In this document: in pieces, positions 12,998 to 27,015 of the stretch
Position numbering within the stretch: position 1 is the first letter of the stretch
How the letters are laid out: every line of letters starts with the position of its first letter
Assembly (NCBI GenBank): GCA_028023455.1
Contig: JAQFVV010000003.1
Location: 29,140,001-29,204,000, forward strand
Direction of reading: 5' to 3'
Length of the DNA stretch: 64,000 nucleotides
DNA from: Epiperipatus broadwayi
Taxonomy: Eukaryota > Animalia > Onychophora
Program-made: the position numbers and the translations under genes
The notes under the pieces: generated by a model
Database searches by the model: none
What the model was told of the DNA's origin: nothing
What the model saw: only the letters and a program-made list of their open reading frames with translations

Positions 12998-15064
12998 CTA
13001 GAAAATGAAGAATTATAAAAATATTTAATAAAAAAATACATATTAAATTAATAAAATGATGTTCCTATTAGAAATATAAAAAAATAGATATTTCAACAAA
13101 CTTTTTTTTTTGATGGTTGAGACAAAAATAGTTGTTCATCAAGTTTCTAATAAATAAAAAAAAAATAATCAAATGGTTTATTGCTCAGGAGTTCATGAGA
13201 AGTTTGAGCATTGGGAAGTGATATAACTGAGTCATGTTCCATAAATCTTCAAATCCAGAATCTGGCACCCTACCATTGCTCTAATCCATGCAGATAATTA
13301 ATTAATGATATTACTTGTTTTTAATTTGAATGGCAATGCATTCCAAAGACCTTGTTTCTATCTATCATTCATTATTTTAAGATTTATAAGAATATCCAAC
13401 TTAAAATTTACTAACTGAGAATATCCAACTTAAAATTTACTAACTGTTTAATTGCACAAGTTATAATATACCAATTCAATGTTCAACTAATAAGTATTAC
13501 AAATTTAAAATAATCAAATGGTTGCTTAAGAGATCACAAAACATTTAATCATCAGTAATGAAGGAGTTGAATTTCTACCTAGGAACCCCTAATTCTTGAG
13601 TTCATCACTCTACCACTGCATTTAGCCGTGCAGAGCACCAAAGAAGCAATATTATTTTATAATGCAAAATTTCACCATCAATGCCCATGTCATTAATAAA
13701 TAATACATTTTATTCTTCAGTTTTCATGAATCTTGTGAATAACAATTAAAATTCATAACAAGAAAAAAAGGCTGATCTGATTTTGAATCATTCAGTACAT
13801 TAAACAGTTCACAGAAAAATTCATTTAAATCATTAATTCTACGAAGATTACTAAAAAATTTCTAGAATTAAATAATTTATATGAACATGTACTACTTAAT
13901 TAGTCACTCTATCTGCTAATTTCAGCCAAGACTTTGTTAGTAAATATCGTAATTCTCTATGGGGTTGGTACTTGTTAAATAATAATGATGTATTACCCAT
14001 ACGTTCGCCCACGAAAGCGGTATTATTCTGTGTTTTTACACAGAAACAATGCCACCAAGCGATGTACAGTGGCTATTTAACAAGAACCGAGGTTTTTTAT
14101 CATTGAATCAAAATTAATTTTCAAAAATGGAAGAAAATAATAACATTTGAAATATAGTACAAAAAGTTTAGATAATTTCTTATAAAGGGCTTATAAATAT
14201 TATATTATTCATAAAAATTAGAAAAAAAGGTTTCAGATTTGAATATTTTCAATTAGTAAAACAAACATGAAATTGTATAGAAAAAAAATATCATGTGAGA
14301 ATGGAATATTATTGGGAAAGATGCTTCTCTATGCCTCATTCAATACTGTATCAGTATTCCAACTTTTCTTATTTTGTCAGCCAATTGCCATCTATCATTA
14401 GTGTATTTTCCATATAATTGGTCAAGGTGATTGCAATAGAATAATTTATAAACAGAGATTTTTACAACAAATTATATTTGGTATTATAATTAAATTGAAT
14501 TTAAATGCTCTTCATATTTTATATAACAGTCCTGAAAACAAAAATTCACTAATTTCATGTCCATTTTCTGAAGGAGAGAATCCTAAGGATAATCCAACAG
14601 ATTAATGTAGAAATATTTGAGACCAAATTTTTTTTTATTTTTTGTGATTCAGAGTGCACATAGATATCATATCATTACAGAATTTCTTTGTTATATGCAG
14701 CTCAAGACATGGTCTTTTAATATCAAAATTACTGATATCTGAATTGTTCAAAAATATGTAAACATAATTTTAATATGGCATGCCATCATTTCACAAGATA
14801 ATCACATTTTGAGTAATAATCAGAAGTGCATATACATTATCTGCCCAAAGTAATATAGTAGATGACAAATACACAAATATATATATATGAAAAACCTCAT
14901 GATGAAGTGATAACAAATTCTTTGACTACAATTTGAACAAAGTCTGAATAAACCTTGAAATTTTTTTTTAACATCCAACCAGACATAGTATTTTTCTTTC
15001 AAATGGACAGTTCATAGCTAACTTAATTATATCCAATATTATATATAAATAATTATATTCATTA

Positions 15065-15260
15065 TCTTAAGCATTTTATTGCAAATATATAATCTGACAT
15101 TTTAACTATCCTGCAGTTTTCTTCAGAGTCCCTACTGACTATTTTATTTTTAAAATGTTTTTAAAAATAAAATAATCAATATGTGCTATGAAGCAGAACT
15201 GCAGGATAGTCGAAATGTCAGATTATATATAAAAATTTGCAATAAAGTATTTAAAGTAAG
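15065..15260. repeat. Fold-back hairpin with remnant minimal hammerhead (family C, Penelope-type end)
   Basis: Inverted arms of ~60 nt. The arm consensus reads CTGAAGA-AGACT-GCAGGAT-AGTC-GAAATGTC. Confidence 0.55.
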
Positions 15261-15279
15261 GAATATAATTGAATTTATA

Positions 15280-16019
15280 TGTAATATCACAAAATAAAAA
15301 GAATTTTATGACATTTATATTCAATATTTATTGGATATTAGCCATTCCTATTTAGTTAAATTAGAATGACAAGTACTCAAAACTATCACCTCTTGGCAAA
15401 TAACAAATAAGGTAAATGCTATAGTTCTCTTTTCCCTCAGAAGTGGACTATTCCAGATTCCTTTTTTATCTGATTGGATTGAGCATTGTTTGCTGCTGGC
15501 CAATAGGCAGATGTACAGATAAACACATAGCCAATGATTAGTACAGGCCAATAAGCAAGTATGATTGCTGAATCCGAATGCTCCAGTGAGGTCAGGGATC
15601 TGGCTATAAATAGTCAGCCTTTTGGAGGAAAAGGGAGAGAACATCTGTTTAACCTACAAAGATGGTACATGTTTTCCAGAAGAAGCCCTACTAACCTAAA
15701 CAGCAGTAAGCATTCTTATGATAGCAATACACTATTTGTCCATGCAGCTAGGCAAGTCCACATAAGGACCCAACGCTGCTAAGACTACTGCCAACTCGAG
15801 GCAAGCTATCTGGTACAACCAGAAGAGTCATTCTCCCTACCCGTGAGGCAAGCTACTAGTTGGAAATGGTAGAAATGTGAAGACTCAGATCCAAGAGTTC
15901 ACATTAGAAATATTATTCTGTATTGTATATATTTCTAAATATAATATTATATTAATTATAATACTGGTGCTAGTGTTATTTTCTGTAGGTTGGGTCTATA
16001 CTCCAGACCAAACACAACA
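15280..16019 (+). mobile_element. Probable solo LTR (same family as 62276-63054)
   Basis: Extended similarity to 62430-63054 (TCAGAAGTGGACTA.TCCAGA.TCC..TTTATCTGATTGGATTGAGCATT...; shared end CCAGA.CAAACACAA). TATA-like CTATAAATAG at ~15604. TSD not confirmed. Confidence 0.55.
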
Positions 16020-16387
16020 GTAAATAATGTTTTTTTTCTTTGTTTTTTTATTGATGAGAGGAACAAAATGTGTTGGGAAGACTATTGCTATGCAATGAGT
16101 TAAATGAAAATAGTTTCATATTTTATCTACTATATATGAATATTTTAATATATAAAAGAAGTGCTGTTTTTTTTTTTTACATTTTCTCAGGAGTAAAGTT
16201 ATGAAAGAAACAGATGTTTTGACAGCATATCTTTAAAATAATAATTATTATATTCCCATTATTATTGGATTTCACTTTAGCATCCAGTAACTATTGACTT
16301 GGAGAAAGATAAATACAGTGTTATTAAAAAATTGATCGCTTGCCTACCCTTACGCATAACAAAACTCATCTATCTATTCCCCCCACA

Positions 16388-16421
<34 letters not shown>

Positions 16422-18109
16422 AAAACAGCCTTCAAATAACCAATTGAGAAGTAAAAGCATCTTCAATAGCCACTCATAAAAGATCAATGAAAGAGAAGAG
16501 GTTTTCCATCTTTGTTTTACCATACCCTCATTTATCAATCAATTATTGGATAGCTATTCTGGATTGGCTGTAGACCAGATTCTTGGATAAAAAAAATCCT
16601 ATGACTAATTAGAAACTGAAAAAAAATTAAACTTTTATTTGGTTCAGATTAAATCCAGGTCACAGATACAACAGGTGAATATGCAATTAATTTGCCACGA
16701 GGTATATTAGGATATATAAAATTGTATTTCTTGTTCATTTAATATTTATTTACATGAATTGTTAAATGAATTTTGTAGAATCAAATTGACCAGACAACAA
16801 TATTTGGAGCAACAGAAAGAAGAAACTTAAAATAATGTTGAATTAATGGAATTTTTTTAAAAATTAGAAGTGAAACCAAATGAAATTATGACTAAAGCTA
16901 TGGAAAAAATTAAGAATGAAAGTTGGGTACAAAATATTAATGATGGAAAAAGAAAAAAAAAACACCCCAGAATATAGCTAAATGATTAAATAAACTTTTA
17001 ATAAAAGTTTTTCTATGATCATTAAAATTGGATATGAGAAATATTTAATTTTATGTGAAGTAAATCTTTACATGAAACAGAGACTTGAATAATTAAAAGA
17101 GAAGAGCAAAAAAGTCTTAAAAATATAAAGTAAAAAGAGAATGATGATAAAAAAGGATAAGATAAAATTGCCACATAAGATCTATTATATAATGAGGAAA
17201 TCAAAAATTCAAAAAGAAATTACACTGGGCATGAATCTTTAAATGGAGAAAATATGAAAAATATATTAAAGAGTATTATAAAAAATGATAGTGAAAAACA
17301 TAGGAAAAAAACTATTAATTTATATGAAGGGAAAATAAGTAATGAATTGAGAAGAATTGCTAAGAGTAATAAAAAAATATCAAAAGAAATTAGATTATCT
17401 TAGAGAAAATGCTATTTAAGGGTTTATGTTTCAAAGCAAAACTTTATTGAGCAACAAACAAAGTTACCTCAATAAGATACAAATAATATAGTCAGCATTG
17501 ACTTGCAATTCAAATGTGTACATAGATATGCAAGGTTATAGATCTTTCACCCCCACCCCCCAATTTTATTCATACCCCAATAACAAGGATGAGTGAATAA
17601 GCTCACAAAAATAACAATGTATACAATTGGGCAGTGGCTCAACACAGTCCAACCACTTTACACAATAAATTAGGTGTTACAGGTATATTAACTTTGATCA
17701 AAGGACAGTCAATCAAGGGAATGCTTCGTCCATTCGAGGCAAAATCTATGTGGGAGAAACAACTCTCAACTTGACTGGCAGGCCCCCAAACTCTCCCCTC
17801 TGACCCCATTCATGCACAGACCAGCCAGAACTCCATTTAGCGAGAACCCAGACCCACTCCTATGGATGAGGTTAATCCACATCGGGCTTGCTGATAAGTG
17901 ATAATGAGATAGCAAAAGGACAACTTAAAATAAAAGTCAAAAAATACCAGATTCCCATTATTTGTTTAAAAAATTAAAATTTTCTTAGCAATAGACATAG
18001 AAAAAAATGATATTCATTACTTCAAATATAGTATTTTTTAAATGAGTCGTGCAGACAGTTGAACAAGAAAAATCTTTTAATTGTAACAGTTGAAACTCAC
18101 AATTTTATG

Positions 18110-18640
18110 TTTTATAATATATGTAGTGTCTGTCTAAAAGTTTGTGATGATGATATTGTAATTATATGTTGAATTATTTCCATCATCTAATATTAATTAT
18201 TAAATGTTTTTAGAATTAAATTCAAACTTTATTTAAACTTTTCAAATATATTCAACTGTTTGTAATAGTACACAAATTAGTATATAACACAATGTTTCGA
18301 ATGGTAGTCTTCTCTTCTGGAATTGCTGACCTGAAATAACACAACTATCAAGGGAATTGAATCTGAAACCTTTATTATGCCTAATTGGTTAGAGTGTTGT
18401 CTTAAATTTAGTATTCATGAATCTAAAAATCCCAGGTTAGATTCCCCTGCTAGTATTGTCACTAGTCAGGCCAGCAATACCTGAAGAAGAGAGGAGAATA
18501 TTATCCCTTAAAATATTGTATATATATTAATCTGTGTGAATGTATATGAAAATTTTAAATAAAGTTTGAATTTTTCTAAAAATATTTAACAATTAATATT
18601 AGATGATGGAAACAGTTCTATATATAATTATAAATAAATA
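18110..18640. repeat. Inverted pair of repeat family E (tRNA-like head, degenerate hammerhead)
   Basis: 18110-18340 is the reverse complement of 18470-18640, and a third copy lies at 19140-19400. Consensus resembles CAATAC-CTGAAGA...GAAAC(G/A)TT-GTAT. Confidence 0.45.
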
Positions 18641-18807
18641 ATATTAATTTCATTTTTAGATAAGTTTTAATGCCACAATTATATTACCCATTCATTTTTT
18701 TTATTATGATTTATTATTATAAATGTGATGGCTTTGAAATTTAACCAATGACCTTTAAATTCTTGAATACTGAATATAATGTAAGATTCTAATCAATTAA
18801 ACTAATC

Positions 18808-19113
18808 CAGGGGTCCCCAACTTTTTGCACTTAAGAGCACATTCTATAATACGGCCAGGTGGCGGGCACCATTTATTTTTTCAATGTAAATGTATAGTTG
18901 GATATTGTTAATAATAGACTTTTTTACTCTGTAAAAGTATAGTATGCCCTACAATTTGATTACAATATAATACAATAATTTATAAGAAATTTTAAAAATT
19001 AAATTTATTTGTATCAGATAAATTTTTTTTTATCGTATTCGGATAGCGGCGGGCACACTTAAAATGGTCTGTGGGCGCCATGGTACCTGCGGGCATAGGG
19101 TTGGGGACCCCTG
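18808..19113. mobile_element. hAT-family MITE
   Basis: 14-bp TIR CAGGGGTCCCCAAC / GTTGGGGACCCCTG and a perfect 8-bp TSD AACTAATC. Confidence 0.92.
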
Positions 19114-19499
19114 AACTAATCTATTAAAGGCTTTTGACAAAATAGTCCTAATTAGTTAGAAAGTCATTTTAAATTCAGTACTGAATCTAAAAGACAAAAC
19201 TTCAATTCCCAAGGTAACCCTATCAATGATCAGGCTAGCAATACCTCTTGCAACATTGTATCTATTGTAATCTGTGTGTTAACATTTGAATATGTTTTGA
19301 AATGTAAAAATAAGTTTCAATTTTTCTAAAAAAACATTTAACAATTCAACTAGAATATTAGTTGATGGAAATGGTTTAACATATAACCACAAATAAAATA
19401 ATATCATTGCAAATCTTCAGACAGACATTCATTTTTATTTTAAAAACATTTCTTATTAGCCTGCTGAAGAAATAACCTTTTTATATACATAAATATATC

Positions 19500-20420
19500 A
19501 AAAATTATGCGCTTTTACGCTTGCTGGAGAAGCTATATTTATTTATGCTCAAGTTGTTGGATTCCAAAAATTGTCTAGCTTTAGTAATACTATTACTCCA
19601 TTCCTTATTCACCGCCTTCATGTGTTTATTTCTAATGGTTTTCTTTATCTGAGAGATTATATTGTCTCTGTGGGAGTGATTAATTAAGCTTGTTTGTGTA
19701 TCGGCTAGAAATTCAAGTTTTGGAAACTTCCATAGGCCTCTTACGAATTTTGGCCCTAGTGTTAAAACTTTCTTTACTTCTGCTGATGGGTTGATGTTAG
19801 TTCTGTTAACAAATGCTTCATTAGCTGCTATATTAAGGTCTACATGTTGTTTATGAGTGAGAAACTTTATTTTATGTTCACATCACATGGCATGCTTACT
19901 TACTTCCAGTTCGCATGCATGGAGATGTGCCGCCATCTTTTCATATTTTTCTCTAACGCTCTTTTGCATTCTTTTATTATAAAGCTAAGCAGTTGTTTGC
20001 GTAAGCTATTTAGAATCTTGTTATAGTTATGTATTGAGCAGTTAATTTTAATTAGGCAGCAGTTTGGAAAAATGTTTAGTTGTTTGCATTTGCTAAAAAA
20101 TTCAAGTCTTTGCTGTAATTTCCAAGTCATTCTTCCAATTTGCAAAATATATCTCTCTTGAAATTTATTCATATTTCTGTAATGAAAATTTGTTTAATGA
20201 CTTCTCATAATTATATAATACCAAAAATTATGCGCTTTTAAGCTTGTCAGAGAAGCTATATTTATTAATATTTATTTACACTCAAGTTGTTGGATTCCAA
20301 AAATTATCTAGCTTTAGTAATACTATTACTCCATTCCTTATTCTCTGCCTTCATGTGTTTATTTCTAATGGTTTTCGTTATCTGAGAGATTATATTGTCT
20401 CTGTGGGGATGATTAATGAT
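19500..20420 (-). mobile_element. Penelope-like element remnant (ORF N-terminus with partial tandem duplication)
   Basis: KLQQRLEFFSKCKQLNIFPNCCLIK and VNRTNINPSAEVKKVLTLGPKF are typical of Penelope ORF N-termini. 19500-19685 is repeated at 20225-20420. Confidence 0.7.
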
Positions 20421-20499
20421 TACATGTTCCCCATCTAATATCTTAGTTCATAATGAACTCAAAAGATAATGCTTCAATACTCCAATCCACTTGCATAGA

Positions 20500-21960
20500 A
20501 GAGATTAATTCAAGAGAATATAGATATAGTGGATTCAAAATTAAATATAGGAATAAGTAATTTAAAAAATGAAAAGCAAAAACGATAATATGACAACTAA
20601 AATATATGTATGGGGTTATAAGCAATGGTTGATTTCAGAGAAAGCTAGATTAATAAATGATTATAAGAATTAAGTTATTATATAAAGAAAACAGAAATAA
20701 TTTTAGATTATTATCTTTCTATAAGTCAGTAGCAATAACTTCTCACAAATAAATAAGATAAGAGAGATATATGGAGAATAATTTAATTATTGGTACTCCA
20801 TTGTTTACAATAAACTTATAAGGAAAATAAACAATTATTTTAGCATTTTAAAATACATTAATGGAGAAATATGGAAAATATAAGAATAGATTTGGAATTG
20901 CAAAGGATGAAATCATGCTGAAACAGAGCTTTTCATTGTTATTTCATTATTTCTCCAATAAACAATAAGAAAATCCATAATAAAACCCTTTTTATTAGCA
21001 GACGATGTAGCATTTTTTGAAAATAATGAAAAAGATGTGGAGTTGTTATAGAAAAGTTGATATGAAAATATGGAAATTAAATTCAACAAACAAGAATCTA
21101 AGATATCACATGATTACCATCTCTTACACCAGCCCAAGCCAGAAACTAGTCTGGGGATATTGGATGAATAGGCACTAGATGGGGATTTTATGCACAAGCC
21201 TTCTGGCATCCATTGATTACTCTGGTTGGCACAGGATGGCACTACTATATGGAGAGTTTTGCCTGTTTAAGAATCTAAGATATTAGTAATTAATATTAAT
21301 GAGAAAAAAAATGGAGACATGTTTTCAAGTAACATATAGTTGGAACAAAAAGCAAAATGTGCAATGGGAATGATTAAAAATCTGGTATGTTTATGATATA
21401 ATGTGCAGAGAATAATTTAGAAGTGATGATATCTGTTTTAACATTTGGAGATGAAGTGTCTTGTATTGATAGATGACTCAAAAAGATTTAGATAGAATTA
21501 AAAATAAAGTAGGCAAATATATATTGGATAATGAATTCTGGATAAGAAATGAAGCTAATCAAAGATGAAAAGATAGACTTCTTTTTTTTTTATATGAGGG
21601 AAGTTAAAACCAAATTAAAAATATTTTCAAGGCAACAAGATATGAATAAAAATAGAATTAGTGAGAATAATGGATGACTAGATTAAGTGAAAAAATAATA
21701 AGAATTATTAAAATGTTAGAAATATGTACAGTTAATTTGTATGCTGTATATAAGAAGGTGATTAATATAGAATAGATTACAATTACATAAATATAAGAAA
21801 TGGAAAAAGAGTTTAGATAACTTGATTAAAGATAAAGAAGAAATATTATAAAAAGGAATGTGAAAAGTTATTCAGAATTATATAAGAATAAAAATAAATA
21901 AATCATACAATATAAAAGAATATATGGTAACACTAAAAAAAAATTATCGTTATTCGGTGA
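20500..21960 (+). mobile_element. Highly degenerate non-LTR retrotransposon RT remnant
   Basis: LLADDVAFFENNEKD (xADD motif) at ~20995-21030, with many stops and frameshifts. Interrupted by a family A insertion. Confidence 0.55.
21107..21268. mobile_element. Short family A fold-back insertion
   Basis: 15-bp TSD AAGAATCTAAGATAT (21092-21106 and 21269-21283). A short inverted piece is followed by a direct piece carrying the 3' half of the hammerhead. Confidence 0.8.
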
Positions 21961-23556
21961 TAAAAGAAGAAATGAATCAAAGCTGGAAGAGTGATTTTGT
22001 AATAAAGAATAAGAAACAGATGAGTTTATTGCTTCATATAATAAATTGGGTGTGTGTGTTTAGTGATTAATAGGTTTCTGATCATATGGTCTATAAACAG
22101 AAATTATTAACTTTGTCTATGGAGAAACTACTTTACATTGCATCACAGTACAGAAATTTTGGATACCAAAATAATAGTTGTGGTTTTAAATGAAGATGGA
22201 ATAAGAATATGAACATTCATTTTTGAAGTGTAAGATGTTGGAAGAGATACAGAAAAATTATTATATAAATGAAAGAAAATTAAAAAGATAATGTAGAATT
22301 TTTCTGCTGAACCAACTATATCAATTGACCCATATCATCAAACCCGCATAAATGCCTTCATCATTATAAAAACATCAGCAAAAAAAAAAAAAACAAATGA
22401 TTCCCAAGATTCATTTTGGCTGAACTGACTTCACCAGTTTTAGCTCTGATCATCAAACTCAAATGTTTTCATCATCATCAATTATTTATCCATATGTACA
22501 GTGTTAATAATGAATAATGACAAAAATCTTTGAGAAGATTTGATGATCTGGACCAAAACTGAAGAAGTTAGTTCAGCAGATATGCATCTTGGAAATCATT
22601 ATTTTTTTCTGATGCTCTTAATTATTCCTTTAAAGAAAGGTAATATTTAAGAGAACTCTTTTAAATATAATAGAAACTATGTGAAAAAGAGATGAAATTG
22701 AAATAATGCCATGTGTGAATGGAGTTTATAATAATAGATATGTTGATCTTTACTTGAGTTTTTAGTCTATATCTGGCTAATTTTAATATAACAATTTCTA
22801 GTTTAATAAATGTTTATTAATAATTTGTATATATTTATCTAAAGCTCATAAATCATCATTAATCTTATGCAAAAACTGTACACTTTTAGATTGAATCATA
22901 ACAAATTATTTCATCAAATGTGAGAGAGAGAAAAAAGCAGTGCTGGAGGATGATGTATATCTGTTTCAGAGATGTAAGAATGTTTAACTTTGCTAACCCT
23001 GGACATATGGTACATGCACAGAAACTTGTAACTTTATTCTGAGGTGAATCATTACATACATCATATTATGTCATATCATGGCTAATAGAATATTTTGGGC
23101 ATATATGTACACATACTTCTGACTTCACCCAAAATATAACCATTTTACATTGTGCTTGCTAAGATCTCTAATCATATCATCTAAGGAGAGAAACTTTTGA
23201 CTTTGTCTAAGGAGAAGCCATTTAAAATCACATATAGACCAAAAAAAAAAACTTGTGAAATAGTTTGCAGAAGTGGTGTGAAAAAGAAAAGCTATGAACT
23301 GATAATATGTTAATAAAATCAACATATATTTTTAAGAATTATATAAATGTATGAACATAGAGTCAAGTCTATTTTTTTATTACAAAAAAATAATAATAAC
23401 ATTTTGTAACAGTAGCCTACATGTTAAATTTATCCACCATTTTATTTACACTTCTCGTAAGGGTTTTAAAAATTATATTTAATTCTTTACTGCATTATTT
23501 AATAAATATGAGATTAATAAACATGTACACACATATATTCAAATGGTTAAACTTAC

Positions 23557-23957
23557 TTATCTATATTTTGATGCTGTTGGTCCTGAGATTGAGATCTTTT
23601 TCGTTTGCCACTTTTTGATGCCTGTTTTAAATCACTATTACTTGCTTCTGGTTCTAAATCAATTATTTCTACTGATTTATTTATAGAAGTTCCTGAACTT
23701 TCAGCTTTAGAAAGAACCTGCACATCTTTACTAATTGCAACATTTGAGTTGCTATTTGTAATGTTGATTGTGGAAATCTCTTTAGTAGGCTGAGGTGTTA
23801 CTTTAATGACATCTTCACATTTGAAATGTGGGTCAGATATTGTGAGTACTTCAATTTCCATTTTACTTTCTTCTTGTAGGACTTTGTCACTAAAATTTTC
23901 TTCAGTCATTTTCTGCAGTTTATTTCTTTCACTTGATTTGTACTTGATTTTACACAA
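23557..23957 (-). CDS. GTF3C1: GTF3C1 internal exon, low-complexity/disordered segment
   Basis: Pyrimidine tract plus cag acceptor, donor gtaagt, 401 nt, phase 0 to 2, compatible with both neighbouring exons. S/E/K-rich, with an NLS-like SGKRKRS. Confidence 0.75.
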
Positions 23958-24540
23958 CTGTATCCAAAAGAGACAGAGATAAAAAACAAAAATAACACAA
24001 AAAGTCATCCATATATATATAAAATAAAGTGTGACTTCTGTATTTTTAACTTGAAAATAACAATCAGTCTCTTCTTTCTGGAGAGATCAATTTCATCATC
24101 AATATGATTTTTGAGCAAATCCACAAACAAACAATTGTTACAATTCTTATTAATAACAAGAAATGCTAATGTGAATGTATCATTGTCAATATGAATACAA
24201 AATACATTGTATTTATTGATTATAAATATCTAAGTACTAAACAACTTCCATTTAAAGAATTTTATGAATCTCAGTCACTAAATAATATCTAAAGTTTTTA
24301 AATTGATTTATAAATCTGCTTATGCAATTATAAACAAGTAATATATAGCATTTTATGATTTTATTATCAATGCAACATTTACACTTATAAAAGCATATAT
24401 TTAACATTTCTAATTATATATATAAAAATTGTAACACCTATTTTTAATTGAATGTAGACACTACTTGGATCTGCTCAAGAGTCACACTGATTGAACAGAT
24501 CCATTTACAGAGAAGAAGAAATAGTTCACATTTTTATCAA

Positions 24541-27015
24541 GCTAAATATGCGTGTATATTTATGTATACACAAAATATGTATTATTAGTTAAATAATAAT
24601 TATAATTGAAAACTAAACGGATTGCTAATTATGTATATATAAATATCGAACAAATCAAAGATCGTTTGGCTGACTATTTTAATCCAAGTGAGTTTAGACA
24701 CATCGCCAGACTCCACTTCAGAAATCGCCGACAAAGCAAGAATGAGCGAACACAAGATTATGATACTGCCCTGCGTGAATTTGCAAAAAACTGTGTTTAC
24801 GACTCATACCTGGAGGAATCTTCCCCTTGAGCATTTTGTATGTAGTATGAGCAGCAACAATCTGAGACAGCAGTTATTGCAGACATGGATATCAATTATA
24901 AAGAAGCTATCAAACATGGTATAGCCCACAAACTTGTGTTACAGCAAGCTAAAGAATTTGCGGCCATGAAAGTAGCGGACAACAATCCTTATGAAATCCA
25001 TAAAGTCGACAAACCCGAAAGAAGGGTGCCTGATCAAAGTGGAATAACTGATATTAGGAAAGGTCGAATTAAGTGCTTTTACTGCAGAAAACTAGGTTAC
25101 ACGACAGAGGAGTGTTTTTATAAGAACCAATGCTGTAAACACTGTAATAAAGTTGGCCATTTGGAAAAAATGTGCCGAATTAAGAAATTCGACAATGATA
25201 CAAGTAATAACAGCCAAGAATGTTTTACTAGAAAACCTAAGCAAGAGGAATTTTCCATGATTAATAATGGGTCTTTGGACCAATCACAGAAATTTGAAAT
25301 GACTCAAAATTTTCGGAAAAACCCTATCGATGGAAATTGATAGCGGTAGTGGGATGTCTTTACTGTCAATTAACGATTAGAAAACCATAGTGGCAGATAT
25401 GACACAGCCATCTAGACTTATGCATACCAAATTTAAAGCTCGGGACATCAATGGCAAGGCCATAAAGATTTAAAGGAGCAATTCAGGCTCCAATTATTTC
25501 CTACAATGGCAAAAAATTAAAATTGCCATTATATATAATCCACAACCCGTTAAATTCCTTCATTGACCATGATTGATTCAATCACTTGGGAATTAAATTA
25601 TTGATAAGCAAAAATAATGACATCATAATGTTTATTGAAAAACGTAAAAACTGCCAATCATGTGCGAAAACACCTCCAGCCATAGTCGAGTCCTTGAAAG
25701 AAGTCGAGAAATCAATCCCACAGAAAAATCTAGATCGTAGATTGTGGACCAAGCTTGCGGAAAGTAGGTCACCCGAAGAGTACAAAGTACCTGTTCCTAA
25801 CTACAAATTGACAGATTCTGGAATAAGGCTGAAATCGTACGCCACTTAACCAAGCAAGTGGTATCCGTTTGAATGGCTGATGAAAGAATGCTACGCAAAC
25901 ACACCCGCCAGTTGTGGAAAGATGAATGTAGTTGACAAACGCTGCAGCTGTTTCAGGAAAAAGACAACAGCAAGTGGATGTTTGGGAAAAGCCGCAACAG
26001 CAATGCAGTCCCAAACGAAATTATTACAAACCTGGAAAAAAAAAATTCCCCCCTAGCATACTTATTATGTTTTAAGTTCAGGGAATAGGAAAAAAGTATA
26101 ACACGAATCTCTGAACTTGGGGGAGTATGCTAAATGTGTATATATATTTATATATACACAAAATACATATTATTAGTTAAATAATAATTATAATTGAAAA
26201 CTAAATGGATTGCTAATTGTATGTGTATATTTATATATACACAAAATAAGTATATTAAATGATATTATAATGGTAAACTAAATGTATGTGCGTGGATGCC
26301 AATGGCATTCACAATATTTTATAAAAGCAATTAGGCTAATTAAATAGTTGAATTAAAGGAAAAACTATAAACTAACTTATCAAGAAAGTTAGTGTGAATC
26401 CGAGCAAAGGATTGAGATAATGTAAACAAAGCCATTGCAACCCTGAATGTTTAGTTCCTGATCAGATTTAATGATAATAGAAGGATTGCTTTAAATAGAC
26501 AATTCTATGATAATTGCGTTATCTTATCAGGGATCGAATATGGAAACTCAAGAGATGACCATAATATGGACAGCGGATGGCCAATCAAGGGAATCTATAC
26601 TAAAAACAATGAGAGGGTGAAACAGATCTAGAATAGAACTGTGACAAGATACTTGCTAAGTGACACTCTTGGAAGGCAGATGTGGCATTTCCTCGGGTGC
26701 TTCAGTCAGCTCCTTCCTTCACGTAGCCTTATGGAGAGGTTTACCTCCGGACATTCAATAGTAAACCTAGGAACTGTATAACAGGTCGTATTAATCTTAT
26801 TATCATTTAGTACGCCTTTGGGTCCTTATTATTATTTATATAGCGTGTTTAAATATGTTATATATATTAAACAAGAATGATTATTTCAAAATAAGTCTGT
26901 AAATAAATTCTTGTTATTTAAATTTACTTGCCGAGCTGTCGCATTAATTAGTAATTATTTGTGTTGCTTATATATTTGCAATCCAGCAGGCAATAGAGTG
27001 CCACTGGATACAGCA
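24541..27015 (+). mobile_element. Internally deleted Ty3/gypsy remnant (gag zinc knuckles, protease and integrase traces, PPT, 3' LTR)
   Basis: CFYCRKLGYTTEEC and CKHCNKVGHLEKMC knuckles. MEIDSGSGMSLLSI protease motif at ~25330-25375, CQSC at ~25650, PPT GAACTTGGGGGAG at ~26114. 24541-24640 is repeated at 26128-26225. Confidence 0.8.

Noticed and set aside
13190-13640. Two tRNA-like segments on the minus strand
   Set aside because: No complete cloverleaf or intact B box. At most decayed SINE heads, not tRNA genes.
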